Source: Desulfurococcales archaeon (GTDB taxonomy: Archaea > Thermoproteota > Thermoprotei_A > Sulfolobales > Fervidicoccaceae). From it: 64,000 nucleotides of DNA. The first letter of the stretch is position 1. Every line of letters begins with the position of its first letter. Location of the stretch: the NCBI GenBank assembly GCA_027014955.1, contig JALWDA010000073.1, positions 12,926 through 76,925 on the forward strand, in the 5' to 3' direction. The position numbers and the translations under genes are program-made. The notes under the pieces were generated by a model. That model did no database searches and had not been told where the DNA came from. It saw only the letters and a program-made list of their open reading frames with translations. Positions 38,329 through 47,585 of this stretch are shown here, piece by piece.

Positions 38329-38719
38329 CTAATAGCCTCTCTCCCGTAAACGTGTGCGGGAGAAGCTCCTCAAGGCTCTTGACAAGGGTTTTCCCGTTTC
38401 GTGCAACCATAATTATCCTAGCACGCGGGTTAAACTCTGCTATCACCTGCCTGCAAGCCCCGCAGGGTGGAGTAGGCTCCTCCGTAGGAGTGTATATGAG
38501 CACCTCTTCAATATCCCTATCACCCTCAGAAACCGCCTTGAACACCGCTACCCTCTCAGCGCATATGGTGAGGCCATAGCTACTGTTCTCAACATTAACC
38601 CCCGTATACAAGCGCCCCTTAGCAGTCCTAACCACTGCCGCTACAGGGAAGCGAGAGTAAGGAGAATAGGAGTTCCTTATTACCTTCTTAGCCTCTTCGA
38701 CCAGTTTCTTCACTGACAA
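38276..38719 (-). CDS. cdd: Cytidine deaminase
   Basis: YSPYS.FPV.A, GVNVENSSYG..ICAER, PCGACRQ, LLP..F. Confidence 0.95.
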   Translation of the reverse strand: MSVKKLVEEAKKVIRNSYSPYSRFPVAAVVRTAKGRLYTGVNVENSSYGLTICAERVAVFKAVSEGDRDIEEVLIYTPTEEPTPPCGACRQVIAEFNPRARIIMVARNGKTLVKSLEELLPHTFTGERLLGGEKGGEKGSEGQGHTG

Positions 38720-38786
38720 GGCACAACCCCCGGGGGGTTATGCTTAAATTTCGTTAGAAGGGGGTATATATACCAGGGGGTCGGCC

Positions 38787-39212
38787 ATGGAGCAGACAGT
38801 TGTTTATACTGAAAAGCCTTCAAGGAACACGGCGCTAGGGCTGGGGGACGAGGCCAGGGAGGCAAAACCAAGAGTGGTTGGCAAGCACGTGTATGGAAAC
38901 GCTATGCACTGTAACGTGGACAAGCTAATGGACGAGGAGTTTCTAGTAGAAACGGTGAGAGAAGCCGCACAGAAGGGCAACATGAGCATCCTTGACCTGA
39001 AATCGTGGAAAATAGGAAAAGGAGTATCAGTGCTAGCTGTTATACTTGAAAGTCACATATCTGTCCACACTTGGCCGGAGTACGGTTTCGCCACAATAGA
39101 CGTATACAGCTGTGGGGAACATACGAGGCCCGAGGTTGCTTTCAAGCACATTGTCGAAAAACTGGAAGCCCGGAGCGTGGTCAAGGGCTTCATTAACAGG
39201 AGTTTTGTATAG
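38787..39212 (+). CDS. speH: S-adenosylmethionine decarboxylase proenzyme (pyruvoyl)
   Basis: ESHISVHTWPE cleavage motif and DVYSC. NMSILD.KSWKIG.GVS resembles the crenarchaeal AdoMetDC more than the ArgDC paralogue. Confidence 0.88.
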   Translation: MEQTVVYTEKPSRNTALGLGDEAREAKPRVVGKHVYGNAMHCNVDKLMDEEFLVETVREAAQKGNMSILDLKSWKIGKGVSVLAVILESHISVHTWPEYGFATIDVYSCGEHTRPEVAFKHIVEKLEARSVVKGFINRSFV

Positions 39213-39218
39213 TTCGTC

Positions 39219-39224
39219 TTTTTT
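39219..39224 (+). terminator. Oligo-T terminator after speH
   Basis: T6 tract just after the stop codon, with a second T run about 30 nt further on. Confidence 0.45.
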
Positions 39225-39340
39225 AAACTAAAAGTCGTATGTAGAAGTTTTTTAATAATCCCGCCTACTGCTGGCTGGCCTGGTAGGAGCCTACATTTTA
39301 CCCAAATGAACACGCAGGTTATGCAATTTGTGCTAGTACA

Positions 39341-40084
39341 GTGGTTTGTTGTTCAATGGTGTATTTCATGACACTCCTGCCCGCGAGAAGAATAATACCC
39401 GACACTATAACCGCGTTGACTGGAGTAGTGGGAACATTTGCTCTCTATGCATTCTTTCACGGTGAGAGAGACCTTGCAGTAAGACTCTTGATATTGGCCC
39501 TTTTACTGGATGTACTCGACGGCATGGTAGCCCGAGGTCTAGGCATCGCGGATAAGCAGGGAGAGTTGTTGGACAGGCTCTTTGACAGGTATTACCAAGT
39601 AATAGTACCTGCTATAATTTATGCCCATTACAATAACTGGAGTTATGATGCAACATTGTACGCTGGCCTAGTAATAACAATATCATTGTGGCGTGTTACA
39701 AGGAGGGTTAGGGCGAGGCTATACTTTGTTGGAGCACCTCTATTTCTTCACACTATAACGATACTGACCAGCCTCTACGCGGAAAAACCCGCACCCACCT
39801 ACGTCCTCATAATGCTCTCAATAGCGAGCCTCCTTCCCCTGAAATACTATAGGAGAAACCCGAGGTACTCGGAAAAGGAGAACAAGGGCACATATGCTGC
39901 GGCAAGGATAGCTATATTGGCGCTCATGGCCCTGCTACCCTACGAGAGGCTCTCTTTGGTGTTAGGCGTGGTGCATTACATGGCGATAGTATATGGCCTA
40001 CTCGGGTGGGCATACTATCTTTATGCAGAGAAGGGCACCCTGTTAAATAGGGTGCTTTACAGGGAGAGGGTCGAGGGATACTGA
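39341..40084 (+). CDS. CDP-alcohol phosphatidyltransferase (archaetidylserine/inositol synthase-like)
   Basis: DVLDGMVAR...GELLDRLFD signature; start uncertain. Confidence 0.88.
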   Translation: MVCCSMVYFMTLLPARRIIPDTITALTGVVGTFALYAFFHGERDLAVRLLILALLLDVLDGMVARGLGIADKQGELLDRLFDRYYQVIVPAIIYAHYNNWSYDATLYAGLVITISLWRVTRRVRARLYFVGAPLFLHTITILTSLYAEKPAPTYVLIMLSIASLLPLKYYRRNPRYSEKENKGTYAAARIAILALMALLPYERLSLVLGVVHYMAIVYGLLGWAYYLYAEKGTLLNRVLYRERVEGY

Positions 40085-40186
40085 CTGGAGGACCGAGTTT
40101 TCTTAATAACCCACAGTAGCCATTACCTATACAATAACATTTACTGCATTAGCGAATAAGAAGCACTAGATCATGGTGCGTGTAGA

Positions 40187-41158
40187 ATGAGTAGTAAGCC
40201 CTACACTCCTAGGAAACATGGCTCCACCGAGATAGCGCTTGAGCTGCTCAGCGGGCTTACCACTCAGCTTACGGAGACAAGCGACTGGCATTCTCTCTTG
40301 AGCCTTGTGTACAAGGTCACGAGCAATGCCTATCAGAGGAGACCAACATCAGCCCTGCTAGTCAACACTATAAGGCTCATACTGAGGAACCTCAAGGAGC
40401 TGTACGAGAAGGGTGAGAATGTGGACAATGCTGTTAGGAAGCTTCTCGCAATCATAGAGGAGCAGAAGAGGTTCACCATAGAAAGCACCGAGAGGCTCTC
40501 AGACATTGGTGCGAGGAGGCTTCCTGACAACAGTAGGATACTTGTACACAGTTATAGTACTAGCGTCAACAAGATCATACTAAAGGCGCACGAGCAGGGC
40601 AAGGTGAGAGAAGTGATAGCGACAGAGTCGAGGCCCGGGAGCGAAGGATTCCTCACAGCAGAGCACCTTGACAACATGGGCGTACCAGTAACCCTGATAG
40701 TAGACTCTGCAGTCAATTATGTGATGGACAGGGTCGATGTGGTCCTCCTCGGCTCCGAGGCGATAACCGCGAACGGGGCTCTAGTAAACAAGGTGGGCTC
40801 TAGCCTCATCTCGCTGATAGCCTTCCAGAAGAGGAAGCGGACACTTGTAGCGGCTGGCACGTACAAGTTCAGCTATGAGACACTGCTGGGGGAGCTCATA
40901 AGGATACCCACCGCAGGACCTGAGACGCTGATGCTCCCAGACGAATTGTTATCGAAAGGCCTCAGAACCTACCTGCCCCTAATGGATGTAACACCCCCTC
41001 AGTACATTGACGCCATAATTTCGGAGAAGGGGGTAACAAGCCCCCAAGGTGTCCCAATCATGCTATGGGAAATATACGGTCACTGGCCCCACGTCGAGCC
41101 CGACATAAACACCCTCCTCAAGGAGATGAAGAGCCTTGCCGAATCCAGTAAACGCTAG
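40187..41158 (+). CDS. eIF2B alpha/beta/delta-family protein (non-catalytic-looking R15P isomerase paralogue)
   Basis: RPTS, VHSYS, TESRP..EG, LIVDSAV, GSEA..ANG.LVNKVG, KF, DVTPP.YID..ISEKG. Confidence 0.88.
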   Translation: MSSKPYTPRKHGSTEIALELLSGLTTQLTETSDWHSLLSLVYKVTSNAYQRRPTSALLVNTIRLILRNLKELYEKGENVDNAVRKLLAIIEEQKRFTIESTERLSDIGARRLPDNSRILVHSYSTSVNKIILKAHEQGKVREVIATESRPGSEGFLTAEHLDNMGVPVTLIVDSAVNYVMDRVDVVLLGSEAITANGALVNKVGSSLISLIAFQKRKRTLVAAGTYKFSYETLLGELIRIPTAGPETLMLPDELLSKGLRTYLPLMDVTPPQYIDAIISEKGVTSPQGVPIMLWEIYGHWPHVEPDINTLLKEMKSLAESSKR

Positions 41159-42125
41159 CATACCGGAGGAGGTCCTTAGGATAGCCGATGATATTAAGAC
41201 AATGAGAATAAGAGGAGCTGGAAAGATAGCGCGCAGTGCTGCACAGGCCCTAATAATTGCAGCGGAGAAATACAGGGGACCCCCCGAGGGGTTCACAGAG
41301 TACATTAGGACAGTAGGCGTGACATTGATAAGAACCCGGCCCACGGCAGTATCTCTACCCAATGCGGTATTCTATGTCCTCAGCAGGATAGACGGTCTAG
41401 AGGGAGAAGAGGCTCGTATAAAGACTATTGAGGCTGGTAAGAAGTTCATAGACCTTTCATTAACAGCGCTTGACCGTCTTGCTGAGATAGGTTCTAAGCT
41501 GGTAGAGGACGGCGATGTTGTACTCACCCACTGTCACAGCACGGCGGTTGTGAGGCTCCTTCAGAAAGCCAGGCAACGCGGCACGGACTTCCAGGTGTAC
41601 AACACGGAGACCAGACCAAGGTTCCAAGGGAGGATAACGGCATCCCAGCTCCTTGACTCGGGAATAAAGGTCACCCACATAACAGACTCTGCAGTAAGGT
41701 CGGTAATGCCCCGAATAACCAAGGTCATAGTAGGAGCAGACACTGTTACCAGTGACGGTCACCTTGTAAACAAGGTAGGCACGAGCCAGATTGCCATCGC
41801 TGCATATGAGGCAGGAGTACCCTTCTATTCCGCAACAGAGTCAATAAAGTTCAGCCCAGCATCATTCGCAGGTGGGGACGTGGTAATCGAGGAGAGAAGC
41901 GCTGAGGAAGTCGTGGACCCTATATGGCTTAAAGGGAGGAGAAATGTAAAGGTCCTGAACCCCGCATTCGATATAACAGACCCAGAGTACATACACGGTT
42001 TCATAACAGAGCTTGGACTAATACCGCCCCGCGCAGCATCCCTTATAATAAGAGAGATGTTCGGTTTGAGGAGCGGGCACTTGCAACTAAAGCTAATAGA
42101 AGAAGAGGCCGAATGGAGCCACTAG
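41136..42125 (+). CDS. Ribose-1,5-bisphosphate isomerase (eIF2B-like family)
   Basis: MRIRGAGKIA, TRPTAVSLPNA, THCHS (catalytic Cys), TETRP.FQG, GADT (Asp), NPAFDIT. Confidence 0.88.
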   Translation: MPNPVNASIPEEVLRIADDIKTMRIRGAGKIARSAAQALIIAAEKYRGPPEGFTEYIRTVGVTLIRTRPTAVSLPNAVFYVLSRIDGLEGEEARIKTIEAGKKFIDLSLTALDRLAEIGSKLVEDGDVVLTHCHSTAVVRLLQKARQRGTDFQVYNTETRPRFQGRITASQLLDSGIKVTHITDSAVRSVMPRITKVIVGADTVTSDGHLVNKVGTSQIAIAAYEAGVPFYSATESIKFSPASFAGGDVVIEERSAEEVVDPIWLKGRRNVKVLNPAFDITDPEYIHGFITELGLIPPRAASLIIREMFGLRSGHLQLKLIEEEAEWSH

Positions 42126-43012
42126 CCGCACAAGTTCTTGTCAATAGAAACGTCGAGAGAAACCTGATAAAGCCTCGGCCCAACACTCCTAACAATCCTT
42201 CCGCCCAACAACACAGCTTTGGCACAATCCATAACACGTCTAAGAACGGTTTCTACTCTCTTGTAAGCCTTCGGTATCAAATCCCCCCGCCTTTCACCCT
42301 TCTCTAGTTCAACGAATTCGTAAAAATGCAACACACCCTCGCCTCCCAACGCCTCGAGAGCTGCCAAGTAGAACCTGGGAGAAAAACTGGGAAGGGGCAA
42401 AAGCACCCTGTCCGCCACCCCTTTAAGCGATTCCATTATAACATCAACAGAGTCTCCAAGCACTGGCACCACACTTTCTTCAACACTGTTTAAATTAATG
42501 TTCTCCACCAGCAGCCTGTGAGCCGCAGGGTTCTTGTCAATGGAAATAACACGGGCGGGGTTTGCCATCTTGGCTATTACTATTGAGAAGCCTCCCACAC
42601 CCGAAAACATGTTCACAACAACCTCACCGCTTCTCACAAGCTTTGCAATCCTAGAATGCTCATAGCTGAGCCTTGGGGATATGTATGCTGATTCCAGGTC
42701 CACTTTAAACACACAACCGTGCTCTCTATAGTAAGTCCACTTTCTACTGGTTCCAGCCAAGTGGAGAACCTTTCTTAAACGAAATTCGCCCATAACCGGT
42801 GTTAGTGAAAGGAACACGCCCTTAACGTACGGAAGCTCGTTCAACAAGGCCTCTCCTATTCTCTTGTATTCGTCGAGAAGGTTGCGGCTTATCTCGACTT
42901 CGCTTATGGGAGCTCTCAGTAGTACAAGGTCACCGATTAAGTCAAACGACTTCCATATAGGCACTTTCGCTTGTTTGGCGTTCAGTATCTTTTCCAAGAG
43001 CCTTTTTCTCAA
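42122..43012 (-). CDS. Trm5/TYW2 (Met-10+) family tRNA G37 methyltransferase
   Basis: FDLIGD, GEFR.R, EHGC.F.VD, Y.SPRLS.E, NMFSGVGGF, DKNP.A, ADRVLLPLP, LHFY. Confidence 0.88.
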   Translation of the reverse strand: MRKRLLEKILNAKQAKVPIWKSFDLIGDLVLLRAPISEVEISRNLLDEYKRIGEALLNELPYVKGVFLSLTPVMGEFRLRKVLHLAGTSRKWTYYREHGCVFKVDLESAYISPRLSYEHSRIAKLVRSGEVVVNMFSGVGGFSIVIAKMANPARVISIDKNPAAHRLLVENINLNSVEESVVPVLGDSVDVIMESLKGVADRVLLPLPSFSPRFYLAALEALGGEGVLHFYEFVELEKGERRGDLIPKAYKRVETVLRRVMDCAKAVLLGGRIVRSVGPRLYQVSLDVSIDKNLCG

Positions 43013-43206
43013 ACAGTACGCACCACGTCCTAATGTTATGGGCTCGAGCTAATGCATGGATATGTACAATGGTTTACTAACCCGGTTGATATACACGGCT
43101 GATCAGCTACTTGCGGGGCGTTATAATAATGATACAACTGTTAACTTATTACTTGGTGTTTTGGATTATTTTTAGAAGTTAGGTTCGAGGATTGTTTAAT
43201 AAAAAA

Positions 43207-43410
43207 CTATTTAGTGACATGCATGCGCACGGTTGTTCTAACAGATATCTTGAGACTCCCATTTACCCCACTTAGGGTTATGTACTGGTCATTAATCCTA
43301 TACCCGCATATTGGGCACTTGTAGTATGTTTGTATTGCCTTGTAATTCCTGTCGAACGTCTCTGTCTCTTTCCTGTAATCCATCTCGTGGCCGCATCTCG
43401 GGCATTTCAT
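43207..43410 (-). CDS. Small zinc-ribbon protein
   Basis: MKCPRCG...YYKCPICG; GAGGGGTG RBS before the ATG. Confidence 0.75.
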   Translation of the reverse strand: MKCPRCGHEMDYRKETETFDRNYKAIQTYYKCPICGYRINDQYITLSGVNGSLKISVRTTVRMHVTK

Positions 43411-43546
43411 TCCCTACACCCCTCACTGCCCGGATACCGATGTCCCGCAGGGCTCGCCTCATCGTCATTGCTTACATCTCCGGGCTCTTCCCTCAATAAT
43501 CTAAATGGTTTTGTGTCAGTAAATAAAATGATTGGCAAACAAGTGA

Positions 43547-44641
43547 TTGAGACGGGAGGGGGGATCTATGGGGTCTCTTACCGAAAGCCTAATACTTCAG
43601 GGATGCTCAGCTGCCATAGGGCCAGCGGAAGAAGAAGGCGCGGCCATCTTGGGTAGTGGAGACTATGCTGTACAATTGAGTGAGGGTGGCCGACCGCTGC
43701 TCTTAAGAATGGAGGAACGTGGTGAAGGACACGGTGAGGTATCTGCTGTGGATTGTAGGGGCAGGGTTGCCTACGTGCCTCCTCCTAATATCGTATCCCA
43801 GAAATCCATAAGAAGCAAGAGAGGAAGGGATTTTTACAAGCTATTAATAGGTAAAGGGTATGGCTCGGCTATAGTCATGGGAAAGAGAGAAGCATTACAA
43901 GCAACTATCGGAGAGCTTGTAGGAGCCTCCGGAAAACCCCGCCGTGTGTGGAAAGGAGCCCATCCCAAGTATAGGGTAATTTCTGAAAACAGTTTGGAAG
44001 ATGTGTTGAGAAAAGGTACAGTTATGCAACCGGGATACGACGGCCACATAATCATGCTTGGTATGACAAGACATGGCCTCTATAAGCTTATGAAGCGGTT
44101 AGGAGGACCCCCACTTCAAGTGCTCGTAAGAGAAGGCCTAATAACTGGCACAGGCGCGGGTAAACCTACTATAATAGTTACAAACGGATGGCTGACATCC
44201 AGCGACCTCGAGGCAATCAGGGGCCTGAACAACATTATGCTCGCTTACTGCGGTCTGGCCCCTCTTGAAAAGGGATTGGGTGGGGGTTTACCTCTCCACG
44301 AGATCATTGAGGACGAAGAGCTGCGATATAGGACAATGCTGGCAACGTGTGATTCAGACTTGGGGAAATGGTATACCCATTCACTCGCCCTAGCGACAAT
44401 CGCATCATTGTTCTCAAGATACTACTCATGGTCTACGAAACCTAGTCCTGAAGAGATCCTGGGCCTCATGTATAATGGGTACAGGGTGGTAACTCAAGGA
44501 GTTTTCCCAATACTTCTCTATGGAGACCGCAAGTTGGAAGATTATGGTGGCCAAGAGGGTTCATTAATTGAATACCTTGGTACACCCATTCTGGGTCCCC
44601 AAGACTTATACATTATAAAAGCTACTGGGTTCACTGTGTGA
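43547..44641 (+). CDS. Hypothetical protein, possibly a degenerate amidohydrolase fold
   Basis: 364 aa ORF; VDCRGRVAYVPPPN resembles the amidohydrolase N-terminal motif but has no HxH. Confidence 0.55.
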   Translation: MRREGGSMGSLTESLILQGCSAAIGPAEEEGAAILGSGDYAVQLSEGGRPLLLRMEERGEGHGEVSAVDCRGRVAYVPPPNIVSQKSIRSKRGRDFYKLLIGKGYGSAIVMGKREALQATIGELVGASGKPRRVWKGAHPKYRVISENSLEDVLRKGTVMQPGYDGHIIMLGMTRHGLYKLMKRLGGPPLQVLVREGLITGTGAGKPTIIVTNGWLTSSDLEAIRGLNNIMLAYCGLAPLEKGLGGGLPLHEIIEDEELRYRTMLATCDSDLGKWYTHSLALATIASLFSRYYSWSTKPSPEEILGLMYNGYRVVTQGVFPILLYGDRKLEDYGGQEGSLIEYLGTPILGPQDLYIIKATGFTV

Positions 44642-45173
44642 GTGGCCCGGCGATTTCCTCTGACGCTTTTCTTAGAAAAGCGTATTCGCTCCGAGAAAGG
44701 AGTTCAATTAGCTGTCTCCTTATAGAATCTTCTATCTCAATGCACCTATGGTACCCGGCGCTTTTTAGGCGTCTAGCTTCGATGAGTGTGGCTATCTTCT
44801 CGCTCACCCGCGCGACCCTAGACTCTGCTGTTTCTTGAGAAATCCATTCGCGGTATAGGTCAAGAATTTGTTTTGGTAACCCCAGCTCTTCAACTGCCTT
44901 CAGTTCGATATCCTCTTTGATCTCCCCGATTTTCGTGGAGGAGTATAAGGGCAGGTCACCGACCCGGCACTCTGCTATATCATGGACTATGGCTAGGGCC
45001 ATTGCACGCTCTACGTTGGCACCCACCTTTGAAGCGAGGATGCCGCTTATGATGCTGGCCTCGTACGAGTGGGCTGCGACTGTCTCGGCTATAGAGGCGG
45101 GCACGCCTCTTTGCATCCATCCTGTCCTAGGCAGTTTTTTTAACGCATCGATGCAAGTTGATACATCGTCCAA
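44631..45173 (-). CDS. HD-domain hydrolase (YfbR/HDDC2-like nucleotidase)
   Basis: LKKLPRTGW..RG, ETVAAHS, VHDIAE..VGD, E...ARV.EK. Confidence 0.9.
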   Translation of the reverse strand: MDDVSTCIDALKKLPRTGWMQRGVPASIAETVAAHSYEASIISGILASKVGANVERAMALAIVHDIAECRVGDLPLYSSTKIGEIKEDIELKAVEELGLPKQILDLYREWISQETAESRVARVSEKIATLIEARRLKSAGYHRCIEIEDSIRRQLIELLSRSEYAFLRKASEEIAGPLTQ

Positions 45174-45224
45174 GGTGCTGCACCAGGTGACCTTCTAGCC
45201 ATAATTATGTTATTAATGTAATTC

Positions 45225-46454
45225 TTGCGTTACAGCGGGTGCGATGGGTTGGGAGAAGAGGGTAGGTGGAGAGACTGGGTTGTCGGGGGCTCTTTTAGGG
45301 CATACTATTTGGCATCCTACCTTACCGGCCTCATGATATCCGTATACTATACTTACACACGAGCTATTATAGGGGGACTTGATTACGGTGGAAAATACGG
45401 GCTGGTTGTATTCCTTGCTGCCATGGAGAGCATACCGGGACTCCTGTCAGTAATACTTGGGTTCGTGTCGGACGTAGCGGGACGTAGAAATGCGCTCCTG
45501 GCTGGCCTAGTGTCTTCCCTGATACTAGTGGCCACGGGTTTCGTAGAGCCAAGGCTCTACCCCATTATGGCGTTAGGTATTTTCACGGGATACACATTCT
45601 TCTGGGCTTCTCTATACGGGGTTATTTTAGACTATGTTGGAGGCAGGGGAAAGCCCCTGAGCCTATTTGGTCTCTCGGGCTCATTAGGATGGTCGTCGGG
45701 GGGCGTGCTCACGGGCCTAATCTCAAACCATGGGCCACTAGCTGTATTCTCGTTCGCGGGTATTTCAATAGGCCTTGCATCAGTCATATCCTACGTGGCC
45801 TTTCCCAAGGGCCTTGCTTTCCGGGAGAAGCCTAAGCTTAACAGCTTGGTAAAGGGTATAAGGTCCGTGTTCGTCATATTCATTGCCTATCTACTAGGCT
45901 CGGCTGGTGTCTCCATTTACATCAACTCAATGGGATTAAGGCTTTTCGAGGTGCTCAAGGGGGACATGCTGGTCTACGGTTTTCTGTTCTCGACGATGAC
46001 GGGACTCCTGGGTGCAATTAGTAGGCCCTTCGCGGGAATACTCGTTGACAAAGTGAAGCCGGAGGCTGTGTTAGCAGGCGTGTTTGCAACATATTTATTT
46101 TCAAGCATAATAGTCACGCTACACATCCCCCTTTTACTCATGATATTGATATGGTTACTCCCACTCTACCCTTTCTATGAGACATCAGCACTGACAACAT
46201 CGTCTAGAAGGCTTCCATCCAACCTGCAGTCAACTGCAGCCGGTATTGTGGGTACAGGCTCTTCGTTGAGCGGGTTCGTGAACGCTGCTGCTTCAAGTAT
46301 TATTGGAGAAGGAGGGTTCCAGAAAGCTCTAGTAGTAGGGGTGTCGCTTCTCTCAGTATCACTCTTACTATTGGTATTAATTATTGCGAGAGAAGGCAAA
46401 CAAAATAAGGGAGAGAAGGGTATGGGAAACACTAGACCACCGAAACCCGTGTAA
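45225..46454 (+). CDS. Major facilitator superfamily transporter
   Basis: About twelve TM segments; GFVSDVAGRR and AGILVDKVK motif-A loops. Confidence 0.9.
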   Translation: MRYSGCDGLGEEGRWRDWVVGGSFRAYYLASYLTGLMISVYYTYTRAIIGGLDYGGKYGLVVFLAAMESIPGLLSVILGFVSDVAGRRNALLAGLVSSLILVATGFVEPRLYPIMALGIFTGYTFFWASLYGVILDYVGGRGKPLSLFGLSGSLGWSSGGVLTGLISNHGPLAVFSFAGISIGLASVISYVAFPKGLAFREKPKLNSLVKGIRSVFVIFIAYLLGSAGVSIYINSMGLRLFEVLKGDMLVYGFLFSTMTGLLGAISRPFAGILVDKVKPEAVLAGVFATYLFSSIIVTLHIPLLLMILIWLLPLYPFYETSALTTSSRRLPSNLQSTAAGIVGTGSSLSGFVNAAASSIIGEGGFQKALVVGVSLLSVSLLLLVLIIAREGKQNKGEKGMGNTRPPKPV

Positions 46455-46608
46455 TAAGCAAGACCCTATCAAGAGGGCAATGGTATGCCCCTTAACCCGC
46501 CTTCACCTACGAACTATGTTGAAAAACATGGTGGGCACGCCTCACATATCCTTGGATTATTCCCTACTTTAGCTCAAACAACGACTCCGTTGGAAGGGGA
46601 ATTCCTTC

Positions 46609-47409
46609 ATGTCGTTTCGCGAGGATAAGCAGGAGATATTTGAGGACGAGACGGAGCTTTCTAGGTACGCTATACTGACGGATAGCTGGCATATTTTCCA
46701 AAGGTTCGAGCAAGAGCTAGATAACGTAGTCCGGGAAGAGGGTAGCTTGTACGCCAACGTTGTCCAGGGCGAGTACATCAACATGAAAGTAAGCGTCATA
46801 AACTATCCCCCCGGAGCAAGCAATATTGTGCTGGTCTTTGACGAAATGCTTAGGAAAGGCGTCCGAGTCGCGGTTAAGATAGGCTATGGTGTATACCTAA
46901 GGCCCACCAGACACCCGCTCAGGATAGCCCTTGGAGCGGTACGCCTAGAGGGGCTCCTGAACCACGTGTATCCACCTGAGATACCCCCTGTCGCCTCCAT
47001 AACGCTTGTTAATCACCTCTCAAGGGCCTTGGAGAACAGAGATGTACCCCATGACATAGACCTCGTGGCGAGCGTTGGAATGCCCCTGAGGAACCTGGAA
47101 AACGGTTTTCTCCCAAACAATGTACGCAAATGGGACATAAACGTGATAGATACGGACACGTCCATCTTCTACCTCATGGCATACCAGAGGAAAGCAATGG
47201 CATCGTCAGTAATCATACCAGTCATGTCTGCAGCAGAGGCGGAGGAGTATGGAATATGGAGCGAGCACGAAATCAGTAAGAAGATGGAGGACCTGTTCAA
47301 CAGGATAGCTCCAAGCGTATTAGAGGGTCTCTGGCAGGTAAAAGAATCCGCAGAGAGGGGAATGCAGCTGGAGTTCACCAAGCACCACAGGCACGAGAAC
47401 AAACATTAG
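46609..47409 (+). CDS. Degenerate nucleoside phosphorylase (PNP/UDP fold) protein
   Basis: Colinear with the DeoD at 53348: PPGASNIVLVFDEMLRKGVRVAVKIGYG vs GIGSGSATIVFEELRMLGARLMIRLGTAG; IDTDTS vs VEMECA. Confidence 0.65.
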   Translation: MSFREDKQEIFEDETELSRYAILTDSWHIFQRFEQELDNVVREEGSLYANVVQGEYINMKVSVINYPPGASNIVLVFDEMLRKGVRVAVKIGYGVYLRPTRHPLRIALGAVRLEGLLNHVYPPEIPPVASITLVNHLSRALENRDVPHDIDLVASVGMPLRNLENGFLPNNVRKWDINVIDTDTSIFYLMAYQRKAMASSVIIPVMSAAEAEEYGIWSEHEISKKMEDLFNRIAPSVLEGLWQVKESAERGMQLEFTKHHRHENKH

Positions 47410-47438
47410 CAAACCAGAGTTATACCTATCCAAGCAGC

Positions 47439-47498
47439 CGATGAAGAGAAGACGACTGCCGAGCTATGTTGCGATGACGAGGTGGAGCGACTCTGAGG
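47439..47498 (+). ncRNA. Box C/D sRNA candidate
   Basis: ATGAAGA(47441)-GAAGACGACTG-CCGA-GCTATGTTGCG-ATGACGA-GGTGGAGCGACT-CTGA(47493-47496), intergenic. Confidence 0.75.
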
Positions 47499-47585
47499 GA
47501 AGAGTTCGTGGCTAGATAGTTACAGGTAGTCCTTAGATATGTTGCTCTTGCGCCTGTCACATGGAATTGATAGGTGGTGCAAGAC

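Noticed and set aside
38787..39212. Arginine decarboxylase assignment
   Set aside because: The sequence pattern is closer to the crenarchaeal AdoMetDC paralogue; only an assay would settle it
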